Origin: Alphaproteobacteria bacterium
Lineage (GTDB): Bacteria; Pseudomonadota; Alphaproteobacteria; Rs-D84
NCBI GenBank assembly: GCA_017535105.1
Contig: JAFXUI010000004.1
Location: 35,952-99,951 of the forward strand
Direction: 5' to 3'
DNA length: 64,000 nt
The notes under the pieces are model-generated. The model saw only the letters and a list, made by a program, of their open reading frames with translations. It was not told the DNA's origin and made no database searches. Both the position numbers and the translations under genes were made by a program. Shown here one piece after another: positions 9,496-20,700 of the stretch; positions within the stretch are counted from its first letter, which is position 1, and each line of letters starts with the position of its first letter.

Positions 9496-12360
9496 ATGAG
9501 GAAGTTATTCGTTTCTGCATTTTTAATTTGTGGAATTATTGCATGCGCAGATGCTGCGCCACGTGCGGGTGGGGCTTCGGCACGCAGTGGTGGCAGTACG
9601 GCCAGTGCACCAAGTACAACATCGGGTGGTGCAACGGTTGGACGCAGTGCAGTCAAGGCGCGTAGCGCAACACCGGCCGCATCGGTTAAGACAGCGGCAC
9701 CATCGCAAATGACGGTTGCGGCACGCAGTGCAACATCACAGCCAAAGGTTTCGGCGGCGCGTGCGGCAACAACGCAAAAGGTTATTAATTCTGGAACTAA
9801 AATTGCCGGTGCGACAAAAAATACCGCGGTGAATGAAGCATGCCAGGAAAAATATTTCGGCTGTATGGATGCGTTTTGTATGTTGGAAAATACCAACGGT
9901 GGACGTTGCACATGCAGTGACAGAAATGCTGAATTGGACGAAGTTTTATCAGAAATTGAACGTTTGGATCAGCAGTCATATCAAATGGCGACATTTGGTG
10001 TTGAACAAATTGAAATGGGTGAAAATGCCGATGCCGCGATTGCCAAGGCAAATGCAATTGCAGATGATGCGATGGTAAACCTTAGTCGTTCTGAAACATC
10101 AAAAAGAAAAGCGCGTGCAGCACTTGATTTATCAATGTGGGATCACCCAATTGATTTAGATGATGACGATGTGTTTTCGGAATCTTCTTCGTTGAATTAT
10201 GATATTGCTGGCAAGACAGGTGATGCATTACAGAGTGCGGCAAGCAATTTGTGTGTCGCACAAATCCCAGAATGTTCTGCGGATGCGGCAATGTTGCAGT
10301 TGATATATGTACAAAAGATTAAGTCTGATTGTAATGCGTATGAAAACAGTTTAAAGCAACAAAAGAATGCAAGCCAAAACAAATTGTCTGCGGCCCAGAA
10401 AGCATTGCGCGAAGCGGCATTGGAACAAATGCAAAACGCAAACAAATATGATTTGGGTCAGTGTACAGTTCAATTTAAAAAATGTATGCAAACAACTGGT
10501 GGCTGTGGCGAAGATTTTTCGGCATGTGCTTTTGTTTCCGCGATGGACAACACAAACGTGAATAAATCGTCTTCTAAAAAGACAACAAATTATTCTATCC
10601 AGGGTGCTGTTTCGACAATCGACATATCTGCATCAACGTATGATACATTGATGGCGAAAAAGCCATTGTGCGAAGGTATCACGAAATCATGTGCGGCGGT
10701 CGCAGATCAAGTGTGGGATACGTTCCTGCGTGAAATTGCACCAACGATTAAGTCTGCGGAAATTATTGCCGAAGATAATGCACGTCAAAATTGTATTGGT
10801 ACAATCGCGTCCTGTTTCCAAAAGGCATGTAAAGATACAATTGATCCGAATGACCCCGAAGGTTCATACGATATGTGTTTGACACAACCATCGTCAATGT
10901 TGAACGTGTGTAAGATTCCATTGAACGCATGCGGTATTGATGCGACTTCGGTTTCCAAGGCGGAAAAGTCAGACATTTGGAATTTCGTTGTTGCACGTTT
11001 GGCATCAATGCGTGTTGATTCTTGTACCAAGGCGGTTAAATCATGTCTGCAATCCGATGATCGTTGTGGCAAAGATTATGGCAACTGCGTTGGACTTGAT
11101 ATGGACACAATCGTTGCGATGTGCCCAACCGAAAAGTTAGTCGGTTGCCAAGAAAACGGCAAGAAAAAATCTTTATCGGAATTGTCTGATTTGGTAATGG
11201 GTATATTCTTGGATATTGACAACACTATGTTGACCCAATGTCAGAATGCTGTGACGACCAAGATGTTAGAGGTCTGTGGTGCGACCGATACCTGTGCCGC
11301 ATTTGACGACGACGATGTGATTGGTACAGACTCGCTGATGTCATACAAAGACAGCGATGGTAATTATATTATCGAAGGTTTGGTTTCGTTCGGTAATGTA
11401 AAGATAAGCGAAACAACCGATATGTCTAATCCGGACGATGTAAAGTTTGGTCGGTACGAGGTTAATATCGCCGATTACCGTAGCCATTTGAACGATACAA
11501 ATGCGACGGTTCAACGTGTTGTTTCGTCTTTACAGTCTGCGGCGAACAAGATAAATCAAAAGATTGCGATTTTGTCCCAAGATCCACAAATCAAAATGTG
11601 TGTCGAAGGGCGCGATATGTCGCAAATTCGTACACGTGCGGACGGCGCAACAAATCGTACATCGGCACGCTATCCGAACTTGCTGGATTCATCAATCATG
11701 GCAATTATCAATTCCGGTCTGGAACGCGCAAATCAAAACTATACTAAAAAGTATAACAAGTTGGTTGGCGAGGCAATGAATTCACAAGACAGTGAAATGA
11801 AATCGGTATTGTGCGCGGCCATGGCATCGTCAAAACCGTCTTGTGTGGAATATGCCGCAACAGGAAATGGTGGAAGTATTTGTACAAAATATGAAACAAA
11901 TAGTTTTGACAATGTGTTCACAGCAACCGATAAATCGGGTATAAGTGTTGGTTCTGGGGATGCATATGCAACGCGTTATGTGATATCGGGTGCCAGTATG
12001 GAAAAATTGGCATTGGTACAACAGTCGGGACATTCGGAATTTGTCCAGACAGACGACTATGGAAATATGTTGGGTCGTATCGCAATGGCGGCTACATATT
12101 CACCAGCGGACAGAACTTGCACAATAAACACACAATCAACAATGTGTAAAGAAGCAGAATCAGTGATAACGACAGATACAGAAACTAAGTGTGGGTATGG
12201 TGGCGTATCGTTCCTTGGTGGTGGCGGTTGTCGTGGTGCCGGTGGAATCTTGAATATTGGTGGTGGCAGAAAAACAACATCGGTTACGCAAAACTATTAT
12301 GGAACATCGTGTAAAGAGTTTGGTGAGCCGGTTGTAACCACAAATGTAATTGAAATGTAA
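9496..12360 (+). CDS. Secreted Cys-rich protein, CMDxFC family paralog A
   Basis: Signal peptide MRKLFVSAFLICGIIACADA; Ala/Arg/Ser-rich linker; CQEKYFGCMDAFC...GGRCTCS; collinear similarity to 51858..54479. Confidence 0.85.
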   Translation: MRKLFVSAFLICGIIACADAAPRAGGASARSGGSTASAPSTTSGGATVGRSAVKARSATPAASVKTAAPSQMTVAARSATSQPKVSAARAATTQKVINSGTKIAGATKNTAVNEACQEKYFGCMDAFCMLENTNGGRCTCSDRNAELDEVLSEIERLDQQSYQMATFGVEQIEMGENADAAIAKANAIADDAMVNLSRSETSKRKARAALDLSMWDHPIDLDDDDVFSESSSLNYDIAGKTGDALQSAASNLCVAQIPECSADAAMLQLIYVQKIKSDCNAYENSLKQQKNASQNKLSAAQKALREAALEQMQNANKYDLGQCTVQFKKCMQTTGGCGEDFSACAFVSAMDNTNVNKSSSKKTTNYSIQGAVSTIDISASTYDTLMAKKPLCEGITKSCAAVADQVWDTFLREIAPTIKSAEIIAEDNARQNCIGTIASCFQKACKDTIDPNDPEGSYDMCLTQPSSMLNVCKIPLNACGIDATSVSKAEKSDIWNFVVARLASMRVDSCTKAVKSCLQSDDRCGKDYGNCVGLDMDTIVAMCPTEKLVGCQENGKKKSLSELSDLVMGIFLDIDNTMLTQCQNAVTTKMLEVCGATDTCAAFDDDDVIGTDSLMSYKDSDGNYIIEGLVSFGNVKISETTDMSNPDDVKFGRYEVNIADYRSHLNDTNATVQRVVSSLQSAANKINQKIAILSQDPQIKMCVEGRDMSQIRTRADGATNRTSARYPNLLDSSIMAIINSGLERANQNYTKKYNKLVGEAMNSQDSEMKSVLCAAMASSKPSCVEYAATGNGGSICTKYETNSFDNVFTATDKSGISVGSGDAYATRYVISGASMEKLALVQQSGHSEFVQTDDYGNMLGRIAMAATYSPADRTCTINTQSTMCKEAESVITTDTETKCGYGGVSFLGGGGCRGAGGILNIGGGRKTTSVTQNYYGTSCKEFGEPVVTTNVIEM

Positions 12361-12390
12361 AAAAACACCGCCCAATCGGGCGGTGTTTTT
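12361..12390. terminator. Bidirectional intrinsic terminator
   Basis: AAAAACACCGCCC-AATC-GGGCGGTGTTTTT. Confidence 0.85.
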
Positions 12391-13433
12391 TACAACAAAT
12401 CTTTCAAATCTGTTATGACGCTGATGTTGTCGTCGGTCCACGTTGCACGCAGGGTTTCAATATCCATTATGTTTTCGGCGCCCAGGTACAAGACGGCGTG
12501 GACGTTGTGTTTGATTGCGGCATCAACGACCGTTTTAATTGGTGATTTACGTGTTTTGCCGGCGGCAAACCAATTTTCATTGTCGGCAACCCAAAAATCT
12601 GGGTCGGTGTGCGAAACGATTGCAAATTTATCTGTGATAACTACTTCGCCGTCAATGTTGTATGGCACAGATTTAGAATCCAGATATTTCACGACGTCTT
12701 GGACAGTGTCGGACAATTCGCGAATATCAGAAAAGTCTTGGTCGGTTATTTCGGTATCCGTTTCGTCATCATCATCAAAATTTATGTCGGTGAATTGCGG
12801 CATAGAATCAATCATGTTGTCCGTGTCGTCAATATCAAAGTCCGATGGAATTGGAATATCTTCGGGGTCGGGTTGTTCGGGTGTGCTGTTGCGTTCGGGG
12901 GTGGGCGATTTTGTTAAATTGCCCAAATCAAAAGCCGAAGGTTGTGTACGACCAACGTGTTCGCGTGCGCGTACGTATGCAACACGTAATTCACTGGGGA
13001 CTGTTTCTGGGATTGGTTCGGGTTGTTTTTCTTGTACTGGTTCTTCTGCGGGTGCGGCGGTGTTTTCAACCGCAATAGCCGGAGCAGGTGTATCAACCGT
13101 ATTTTCGACCGGCATCGGCGTTTGCTGAAATGCGTTTACAAAAAACGTTTTGATGCGTTCGGGGACCTTGATTGTGAACAATGGTGCCTTGGTTCGCGCA
13201 ATCACAACAGTTGTCGCGATGTACATTGGTACCGCCGCCAAAATCAATATTCCAAATACAAAACCCGGAAATCCATAAAGGTGCGCGTGCATCAGTTGTA
13301 TCCAACGTGTGCGCGAAAATATATTAAAATCAAACATATATTGCATAATTGCCCATGTCGCAATGAAATAGCCAACCGACCACAAAATTGCGTACTTGTT
13401 TGATTTATAAAAATTCACAACCTTATCTAACAT
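12390..13433 (-). CDS. Hypothetical membrane protein (two TM helices, acidic/Pro linker, C-terminal alpha/beta domain)
   Basis: 347-aa ORF; consensus promoter immediately upstream. Confidence 0.75.
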   Translation of the reverse strand: MLDKVVNFYKSNKYAILWSVGYFIATWAIMQYMFDFNIFSRTRWIQLMHAHLYGFPGFVFGILILAAVPMYIATTVVIARTKAPLFTIKVPERIKTFFVNAFQQTPMPVENTVDTPAPAIAVENTAAPAEEPVQEKQPEPIPETVPSELRVAYVRAREHVGRTQPSAFDLGNLTKSPTPERNSTPEQPDPEDIPIPSDFDIDDTDNMIDSMPQFTDINFDDDDETDTEITDQDFSDIRELSDTVQDVVKYLDSKSVPYNIDGEVVITDKFAIVSHTDPDFWVADNENWFAAGKTRKSPIKTVVDAAIKHNVHAVLYLGAENIMDIETLRATWTDDNISVITDLKDLL

Positions 13434-13442
13434 TGTGTCTTA

Positions 13443-13470
13443 ATTATAGACATTTTTACATTTTTGTCAA
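13443..13470 (-). promoter_or_regulatory. Sigma70-type promoter
   Basis: TTGACA-16 nt-TATAAT, 9 nt before the ATG. Confidence 0.7.
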
Positions 13471-13572
13471 TATTTTATTGTTTATAAGAAAATATGCAAT
13501 TTTTTGGTGAAAAAACTTTTTTTAGGGCTTTTTTGTGGTATAATTAAAGTAATGTCACAAGGGGGGATTTTT

Positions 13573-15531
13573 ATGTATAACTTTATGAAAATGCTTGGTG
13601 CATCGTTTGGATGTATGTGTTTGGTTGCCAATGTTTCTGCGGCTCCGGCAACGGCACGGTCGCAAACGGCGCGCATGCCATCGATGGCTGTTTTGACAAC
13701 AAGTGCCATGGGAAATATGGCGGCTGATGTCGTCCAAGAGCAAGCACCAACACCAGTTACCCCTGATGTGAAGCCTGATGATAAGCCCGATGTGAAGCCA
13801 GAATGTGCCGATGGTGGTGTTCGTAATTCTGAATATACGGTTGATAACTGTATGAACGAAATTTTGGCGTGTATCAACAATGGTGCGCTGGCGGGTGGCT
13901 TGAACGATTTGTTTAATGAAGATATGCGTAACGCGATTGTGAACGGCATGGGTCTTTGCTCGGTCCAGGTTGAAAAATGTATGGTTTCGGTGCGTCGCGA
14001 TTGCAAGCCGGTATATCGCGCAATGGCGGATGTTTGGGTGGACTTTAATTCGCGCAAGGTCCAGCCGGAATATTACAACTTTGTTTTGCGTAAAACTGGT
14101 TTGACCCCGAACCAAGCGGAAAACACATGTATGTTGTTGGATAAAAACACATACGGTCCGTCTTTTGCGGCGGTCGCAAACAGTGGCGCAACAACAAACG
14201 AATATAATAAAAATGTCGGTGCCTATAATGGTCAACAGGGCAACGTGTTGATTAAATCTAACCCGATGGGTGCGACGGTGAACAATGGCAACCTGGGGGT
14301 TGATGGTCAACGTGGTCACTATGCGCGTTGGGACGCGACAACGGCGACCTGCTATCTGCGCGTGGCGGCATATAATAAAGATGAACAGATTAAAAACAGT
14401 TGGTTGTTTGGCGCGCTGGGTGATGACCAGTTAGCAGAAGTTTGGCGTCCAGCCGGCGACACGTTCAGTTGTAATAAAGACCTGTTCGGATTTTCATTGC
14501 TGAACGATACAAGTACTGCGGCGGTTGTTGGTGTCGGTGGTGGCACGTTGGTTGGTGCGGGTATTGGTGCGGTTTCTGGCCATGGCAGACGCGCATTTGA
14601 TTGCAGCAACGCAAGTGCATTAAAAGAATTGAATAAACAAATCGAAAAGAATGGTTCGTCTGTGATGGTATTAAACAGATATGTCCCAGAAGACAGCAGA
14701 TTGACCGGTTCGGTTGTTGACGAAGCACAATGTCGCGCGATTGTTGACCTGTACGTAAAATACGGTTCAATCAAAGACGATATGGCGGCATATGGTAAAG
14801 AAATGTTAGTATGTGCGGTGGACGGCGAAGTGTCGGGTGACGATGTATCTAACTACTGCGCGGCATTTAAGTTGAAAGCATCAGAATGTGAAGAATATGC
14901 CAAGGATAACGCAGAGTGGGGCGTGAAAGAGATATCTTGCTCAGAAGAATGCGAAAGTTGCACATATTATTCATTAAGAGACCCGAATAGTTTGGCCAAC
15001 AACCTGAAATGTGACAAGGCCGATCGCAGTTGTGCCACGAAAGAACAGACCCTGGCGGAATTGGCCGAATTGCGTGGTGTGTTTGATGGTTTGACCATAT
15101 TAAATGGTGAAAAATCAACAGTCGGCAGAAATGCTGGCATTGGTGCGGCGATTGGTGCCAGTACTGGTGGTGTCGCAACAGCAATAACCGCATTTGTTGA
15201 AAAGAATAACATCAGTTGCCGTGTTGGTGACGGTCTGAATACAGTTGCGTTTGGTAAATCGCATTCAATTGACACATTGAAAGATTTTTATGTGAAATGG
15301 AATTTGCGTTTGCCAGATACAGTTTCGCCAACGTCAACCGCGGTTGATTGTAAATCGTGGAAATTGGCGTGCGCACAATACACAGATTTGAATCAGTGTA
15401 AATCAGTTGCGCTGAATTATAAGCCAGATGTCAACGGCACGATAACATTGGTACGTTCAGCATGCAGTGTTTCTGGCAGCGTATGTATTGAAAACGAAGT
15501 TGTCGCTAAATCGTACGGCGCATGCGAGTAA
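13573..15531 (+). CDS. Secreted Cys-rich protein with two glycine-zipper segments
   Basis: Signal peptide; VGVGGGTLVGAGIGAVSG and AGIGAAIGASTGGVATA; AGDTFSCxxxxFG module shared with 17800..21270. Confidence 0.85.
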   Translation: MYNFMKMLGASFGCMCLVANVSAAPATARSQTARMPSMAVLTTSAMGNMAADVVQEQAPTPVTPDVKPDDKPDVKPECADGGVRNSEYTVDNCMNEILACINNGALAGGLNDLFNEDMRNAIVNGMGLCSVQVEKCMVSVRRDCKPVYRAMADVWVDFNSRKVQPEYYNFVLRKTGLTPNQAENTCMLLDKNTYGPSFAAVANSGATTNEYNKNVGAYNGQQGNVLIKSNPMGATVNNGNLGVDGQRGHYARWDATTATCYLRVAAYNKDEQIKNSWLFGALGDDQLAEVWRPAGDTFSCNKDLFGFSLLNDTSTAAVVGVGGGTLVGAGIGAVSGHGRRAFDCSNASALKELNKQIEKNGSSVMVLNRYVPEDSRLTGSVVDEAQCRAIVDLYVKYGSIKDDMAAYGKEMLVCAVDGEVSGDDVSNYCAAFKLKASECEEYAKDNAEWGVKEISCSEECESCTYYSLRDPNSLANNLKCDKADRSCATKEQTLAELAELRGVFDGLTILNGEKSTVGRNAGIGAAIGASTGGVATAITAFVEKNNISCRVGDGLNTVAFGKSHSIDTLKDFYVKWNLRLPDTVSPTSTAVDCKSWKLACAQYTDLNQCKSVALNYKPDVNGTITLVRSACSVSGSVCIENEVVAKSYGACE

Positions 15532-15542
15532 GGCAAAAGTTT

Positions 15543-15630
15543 CTTTAGGTGTGTCCCTAAAGGTCGCACTCTGGGTTCCCACGTTATTCCTTGTCGCGTG
15601 GGGTTAACGGCCCAGGGTGTTTTTTTTATT
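15543..15630 (+). terminator. Compound hairpins ending in a terminator-like U-tail
   Basis: CTTTAGG/CCTAAAG stem, then CACTCTGGG...CCCAGGGTG enclosing CCCACG/CGTGGG, followed by a T-run. Confidence 0.55.
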
Positions 15631-15713
15631 TTTTTTCTTAGTGCAAACGCTTTGTGTTTTTTATCATTCCTTGTGCATGCAGGGATAGGGGCTGTATCGT
15701 CATACGTATTTTT

Positions 15714-15813
15714 GTCATTGCGAACGCAGTGAAGCAATCCAAGTGAATATGCCGCCGCGCCAATGACGAGTGCTTTATTATTACTGGATCGCTACGCTTA
15801 TGCTCGCGATGAT
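15714..15813. repeat. REP/RPE-like palindromic element
   Basis: GTCATTGCGAACGCAGTGAAGCAATCCA...TGGATCGCTACGCTTATGCTCGCGATGA, matching the GTCATTGCGAG...CTCGCAATGAC class of alphaproteobacterial palindromic repeats. Confidence 0.7.
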
Positions 15814-15875
15814 AAGATAAGGGAACGTCTTGGTTATAATGCTTAAAAAATCACCCCGCAACTGCGGGGCGGGTT

Positions 15876-17783
15876 TTAGATTTTGTTATTATTTATTTGG
15901 TCTAACGTTTCTTGGAATACAGTGGCACCACCTGCATCGGTACCATTAATTAAACGTATCGTTTCTTCTGTAACTTCTGTTTGGCTGTATGAGCATTTTA
16001 GCGATACTTTAACACGACGGCATGGTGGATAGTTGGTTTCACCAATCAGATTGTCGCCTTCTGTTTTGTTGAAACATGCTTCGTTGCCTGTACCTGTCAT
16101 ATATCCTGCGCGGCAACTGCATTGGTTTTCACCATGCCCGATTGGTTTTAAGCCATCATCAAGCTTGAATATTGTATCCGCTTTTTTATCTATTGTACTT
16201 TTCATAAAATTATATACTTCTGTGGCACGTTCTTCGGATAGTGTTTGGTTTCTCTTATCTGTTCCAACCGGGTCTGTATATCCTTCAACCCCAGTGATAA
16301 CACATTCTTTATATGCCTTAGAATCATCTATTGTATTGATAAAATCGGTAAGGATTTTTTTTGCTTCGTCTACAAGTACTGATTCATTGATTTCGAACAT
16401 TGCGCCACTGTCCAAATTGGCTTCGCCAGTTATTGTTATTGCTTCGCGATTGTGGAATATGTCTTCCTGTGGTTCGTCTGGTGCGCCACAAATACCGTTA
16501 TTGACTCTTTTTGGTTGTTGGCATTGGCATGATGTGATGCCATCTTGTGTCACAGGATCAAAACCATCTGAACATGTTGGTTTACATCCATTTCTTTCTT
16601 CAATATGTAAATGTTCAGTGTCAGTTTTATCTATGCCTTCCAGTGAACAACCTTGATGATTATTTACTGGGACACATTTGTTTTGATACCATGCTTCATC
16701 GTCATTTTGACATTTACAACCAGAGCCAGTTTCATCGGCAATACGTCCACCAGTGCAAGTTTCGCATTTGTTTTCTTTGTCGTTAAAGTATTGGTGGTTG
16801 TCAGTACATTTACAATGTGGGTATGTACCAGATGCATTACTTGGGCAAACCGCTGTTTGTTGGGGCAGGCTGTTTATTTGCTGTTCCAAGTTTTCAAGTG
16901 GTTCGATTTTGTCGGTACGTTTTTTGTTGGGGTTGTTGACGGTGGTATTAGCCAGGGCAGAGCCAATTGCGCCCGCGCCGGCGACAATTATACCGGTCTG
17001 TAATTTTTCAGCAGTGGCATTTTTTTGTGCCGCCCATGCCGCAGCATCCGCGCCACCCAATAACAATGCTCGTGCCACAGAAGCGTACGAACCCGCAACA
17101 ATGCCGGTTCCGACATCGTCATATAAACCTGTTTCGGCCTTGTCCCATACAACTTCGGATTCAATACCGGGTTTTATACCCAATGCCTCTTTACGTACTT
17201 TAAGATCGTTGGACAAAGTCGCATATTGCGCATACAGGTTAAACAGTTCGTTTCCGCCCGGCAATTCAATATTTGTTTTGCCACCCGCGACCGCTGGATA
17301 ATTACCATATTCGCAACGAAAGGTATTTATGTATGCACCCATTTCGTTTTCAATATTACGGTCGGCGTTTTGTTCAGACAATGCTTCGCCAATCATCATA
17401 CCACCAATACCGGTGACACCAATTCCCGCCGCACCAATAAGTTTGTTTTTCAATGATGTTTCGTTTTCGTGCGCCGCATCGGAATTCGCCTGTAATTGTT
17501 GCAAATCTTGATTGTTTGACCCATTGCCGTTGCTATCATTGTCTTCATCATTGTCTGACGTGTCGGATTTCTGGGTGGTGTTTTGTTGTGGTTGTGCCGG
17601 TGGTGTATAGTTTATAGTTTCTGGAATATTAGCAGGAACATCTTTTATTTGTAAACGTGTGGGCGCTGGCGCTTCGGCAACAACATTTATTTCTTCCAAG
17701 TCTTCTCCTTCATAGGTTGCGTCTTCGGCAAATGCCGGTGCCACAAAAGCAAACAACAAAAATGTAATCAGTGTTCTTTTCAC
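15876..17783 (-). CDS. Secreted protein with glycine zippers, Cys-rich repeats and C-terminal OmpA-like peptidoglycan-binding domain
   Basis: Signal peptide (GTG start); IGAAGIGVTGIGGMMIG; EGYTDPVG...NQTLSEERA...GHGE...CRRV. Confidence 0.85.
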   Translation of the reverse strand: MKRTLITFLLFAFVAPAFAEDATYEGEDLEEINVVAEAPAPTRLQIKDVPANIPETINYTPPAQPQQNTTQKSDTSDNDEDNDSNGNGSNNQDLQQLQANSDAAHENETSLKNKLIGAAGIGVTGIGGMMIGEALSEQNADRNIENEMGAYINTFRCEYGNYPAVAGGKTNIELPGGNELFNLYAQYATLSNDLKVRKEALGIKPGIESEVVWDKAETGLYDDVGTGIVAGSYASVARALLLGGADAAAWAAQKNATAEKLQTGIIVAGAGAIGSALANTTVNNPNKKRTDKIEPLENLEQQINSLPQQTAVCPSNASGTYPHCKCTDNHQYFNDKENKCETCTGGRIADETGSGCKCQNDDEAWYQNKCVPVNNHQGCSLEGIDKTDTEHLHIEERNGCKPTCSDGFDPVTQDGITSCQCQQPKRVNNGICGAPDEPQEDIFHNREAITITGEANLDSGAMFEINESVLVDEAKKILTDFINTIDDSKAYKECVITGVEGYTDPVGTDKRNQTLSEERATEVYNFMKSTIDKKADTIFKLDDGLKPIGHGENQCSCRAGYMTGTGNEACFNKTEGDNLIGETNYPPCRRVKVSLKCSYSQTEVTEETIRLINGTDAGGATVFQETLDQINNNKI

Positions 17784-17799
17784 GGCGTTATTTTATTAG

Positions 17800-20700
17800 T
17801 TATTGGCACTTGTTGTTAATCCATTGTTTTCTTTCCGCACAGACACATCTTGGTTCTGGCTGTTCATACCATCCGCCATTTGGATCATCATCGCAATATT
17901 GTTTTTGTAACATTTCCCATTGGGTTGCATTTTGGCATTTACCATTTTTATCTGGACCGAACAAACCTTTCTTTTCACAATTACAGGTTTGTGTTTTCAA
18001 TTCCCATTCGCCATTGCATGCCTTTTTCAATTTTTCCAGTTCTTGTCGTTGGGCTTGGACTTCTTCTATGGGTGGGCAATTCCAATCGGCATCGGGTTCC
18101 ACACTACCATAACAATCACAGAATTCATCAGTATGCCCTTTATTCACAACATGTCCATTTGATGTTTCACAGTTTTCGTATCTTTGTTTTTGTGAATCGG
18201 TAAATATGCATTTATTGTCTGTCCATTGTTTTCCATCCATACAGCGACAAATCGGTTCCGGAACAGTACTCCATTTACCACCTTCTTTTTCACAGAGTTC
18301 TTGCTGTTGTTGTAATTTCTGTTGTTTTTGCTGTTCTGCTTGTTTTTCTGCCTTGACAGTGGCTTTTGTTTCTTGTTTTGTTGCACGTGATTCCTTGCAC
18401 TTGTTGGTAAACTTGGCCAGTTCATAACCGTATTCACATTCAGTAATATCACATTTCGTCACTTTGCCAGATTTATCTTGCTGTTTTACAGTTCCATTGA
18501 CAGCGTGTTCATATCCCAAGTCTTTAAGTTCTTGGGTTGTACAGTTAGTACGTACGGCTTTTGGACAATAACCGTCTTCGCCTGCAATTTCGGTACGTTC
18601 GTTGTTGCAATAACATTCATCATTAATCAATTGTCCATCAACACAGGCACGTTGTGCAGTTGGTTTTTCCGCCCTTGAAGTTGTTTTTTGTTTTGGACAT
18701 TTGCCATTTTCGTCGGGGAACACATCATTACCCGGACATATGCATTCGGTATTAGTGCTGTTCATACGACCATTGGAAGAAGTGCAGTTGGCAACATACT
18801 TTGGTGTAGCGTTGCAATAACCGTCTTTATCTGCGACCTTGGTACGTTCGTTGTTGCAATAACATTCATCATTAATCAACTGACCGTCAACACAAGCACG
18901 TTGTGCAGTTGGTTTTTCCGCCCTTGAAGTTGTTTTTTGTTTTGGACAATTACCGTTCTTGTCTGGGAATACATCGTTGCCCGGACAGATACATTCGGTG
19001 TTAGTGCTGTTCATACGACCATTGGAAGAGATGCAGTTGGCAACATACTTTGGTGTAGCGTTGCAATAACCGTCTTTATCTGCGACCTTGGTACGTTCGT
19101 TGTTGCAATAACATTCATCATTAATCAACTGACCGTCAACACAAGCACGTTGTGCGGTTGGTTTTTCTGCCCTTGAAGTTGTTTTTTGTTTTGGACATTT
19201 GCCATTTTCGTCGGGGAACACATCATTACCCGGACATATGCATTCGGTGTTAGTGCTGTTCATACGACCATTGGAAGAAGTGCAGTTCGCTATGTATTGC
19301 TGATTTCTTTTTTCCTGTCGATTGTTTGCACGCATAACGGCATTATCACTTGGGCATTTACCATTGCTGCCAACAGTGCCACCGTTGTGGCATGTACATG
19401 TGTCGGTATTGTAATCCCAATCGCCTTTTGTTTCGTTACAGTTGTCAATCTTATCTTGAGCTTCTTTAGATTCCTTATCTTTATATACGCATTTGTCATC
19501 TTCAAGTTGTGTGCCAGGTTTTTCGCAATGACATTCTTTGTTATCGTACCATGTACCGCCGGCACCTCTTTGTAAGCATTTTGTTCTGCGTTGTTCAAGT
19601 TCTTGCTCTTGCTGTTTTATGTCACGTGCCTCTTGTCGTACGGCTTTATTTACTTCGCGTTTTGTTGGACAAGTGCCATCTTGGGCTGCGTTGCCGTTTT
19701 CACAATTGCAAGATTTATTATTATTGGTCAAAGTGCCCTTAGAATCACGACAGTTCTTGGCAAACTGCATGCCGTCACGAACAACACATACGTTGTCTTT
19801 TGTTTCAAGATATATATCTTCTGAACAATCACACGCTTCGTTTTGCCATCTTCCGCCACTTTGTTTGCAAGCCTTTTCGATGTTTTTTGCTTCTTTTCTG
19901 GCGTCACGAGCGGTTTGTCTTTCTTCTTTTCTTTCTTGACGTGCTTCTTGCCTTTCTGCTTTTTTGGCGGCTTTTTCTTCGGAATCGTCTTCGACACATT
20001 CATTGCGGAAACTGCTCCATTTCATGCCATCTTTAGCTTCGCATAATTCCTTGTCAGCCTTTTGTCTGTCAATTGCACGGTCGATCGCGCCAGATGTCAA
20101 CGCGCCAACCGCCATGCCAACACCAGACCCCAGCATCGCAGATGATGCCGATGATTGTGCGCGGGTTGTGCGATATGCATTTTCCATATATGTTGTGACA
20201 TCAACACCAAACCACGCAGGCGTACAATCAAACGTGTTGCCGGCATACACTTTTTTAGACGAATATAATGTGGAATCGCCACCCGCCAAGAAATTCACCG
20301 TATAGACGCAATCCAATGAACGATCGTCCAGCATCGCACCAAGGCGCGCACAGGTGCTGCGCATTTGGTCGCGCATTGTGTATAATTTCTTTTCGTCGGT
20401 GGATATTTGTTTTTCCGCGGTCTGACGCAGAGTGCCAAAGACACTCATTGTGCGAGATGCCAAACCGCTGTCCATTGCGCTACACTGTTTTGCGATTGAA
20501 CCGCATTTGGAAATTGCGTTATCACCCGCCGATTTACCCAAACATTTGGAATAGGTTGCACCGCATTGATTTACGATGCACGCATCATAGTTTTTACCAC
20601 AGTCAATTATGTCATTAAAGGACTGTAATTTAATTGCGGACACGCGGTCGGCCTTTATTTCCGCAGTGAAAGCCTTGTATTCATCAGCATCGCATTTTGT

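Noticed and set aside
12415-13128. Long antisense ORFs (also 20609..21502, 13555..14319, 16033..16656, 60464..61114)
   Set aside because: They lie opposite well-supported genes, lack RBS or recognisable motifs, and are expected shadows of codon bias.
18562-19292. Diversity-generating retroelement template/variable repeat pair
   Set aside because: Differences are mostly synonymous and not restricted to adenines, the copies are tandem within one ORF, and no reverse transcriptase is present.
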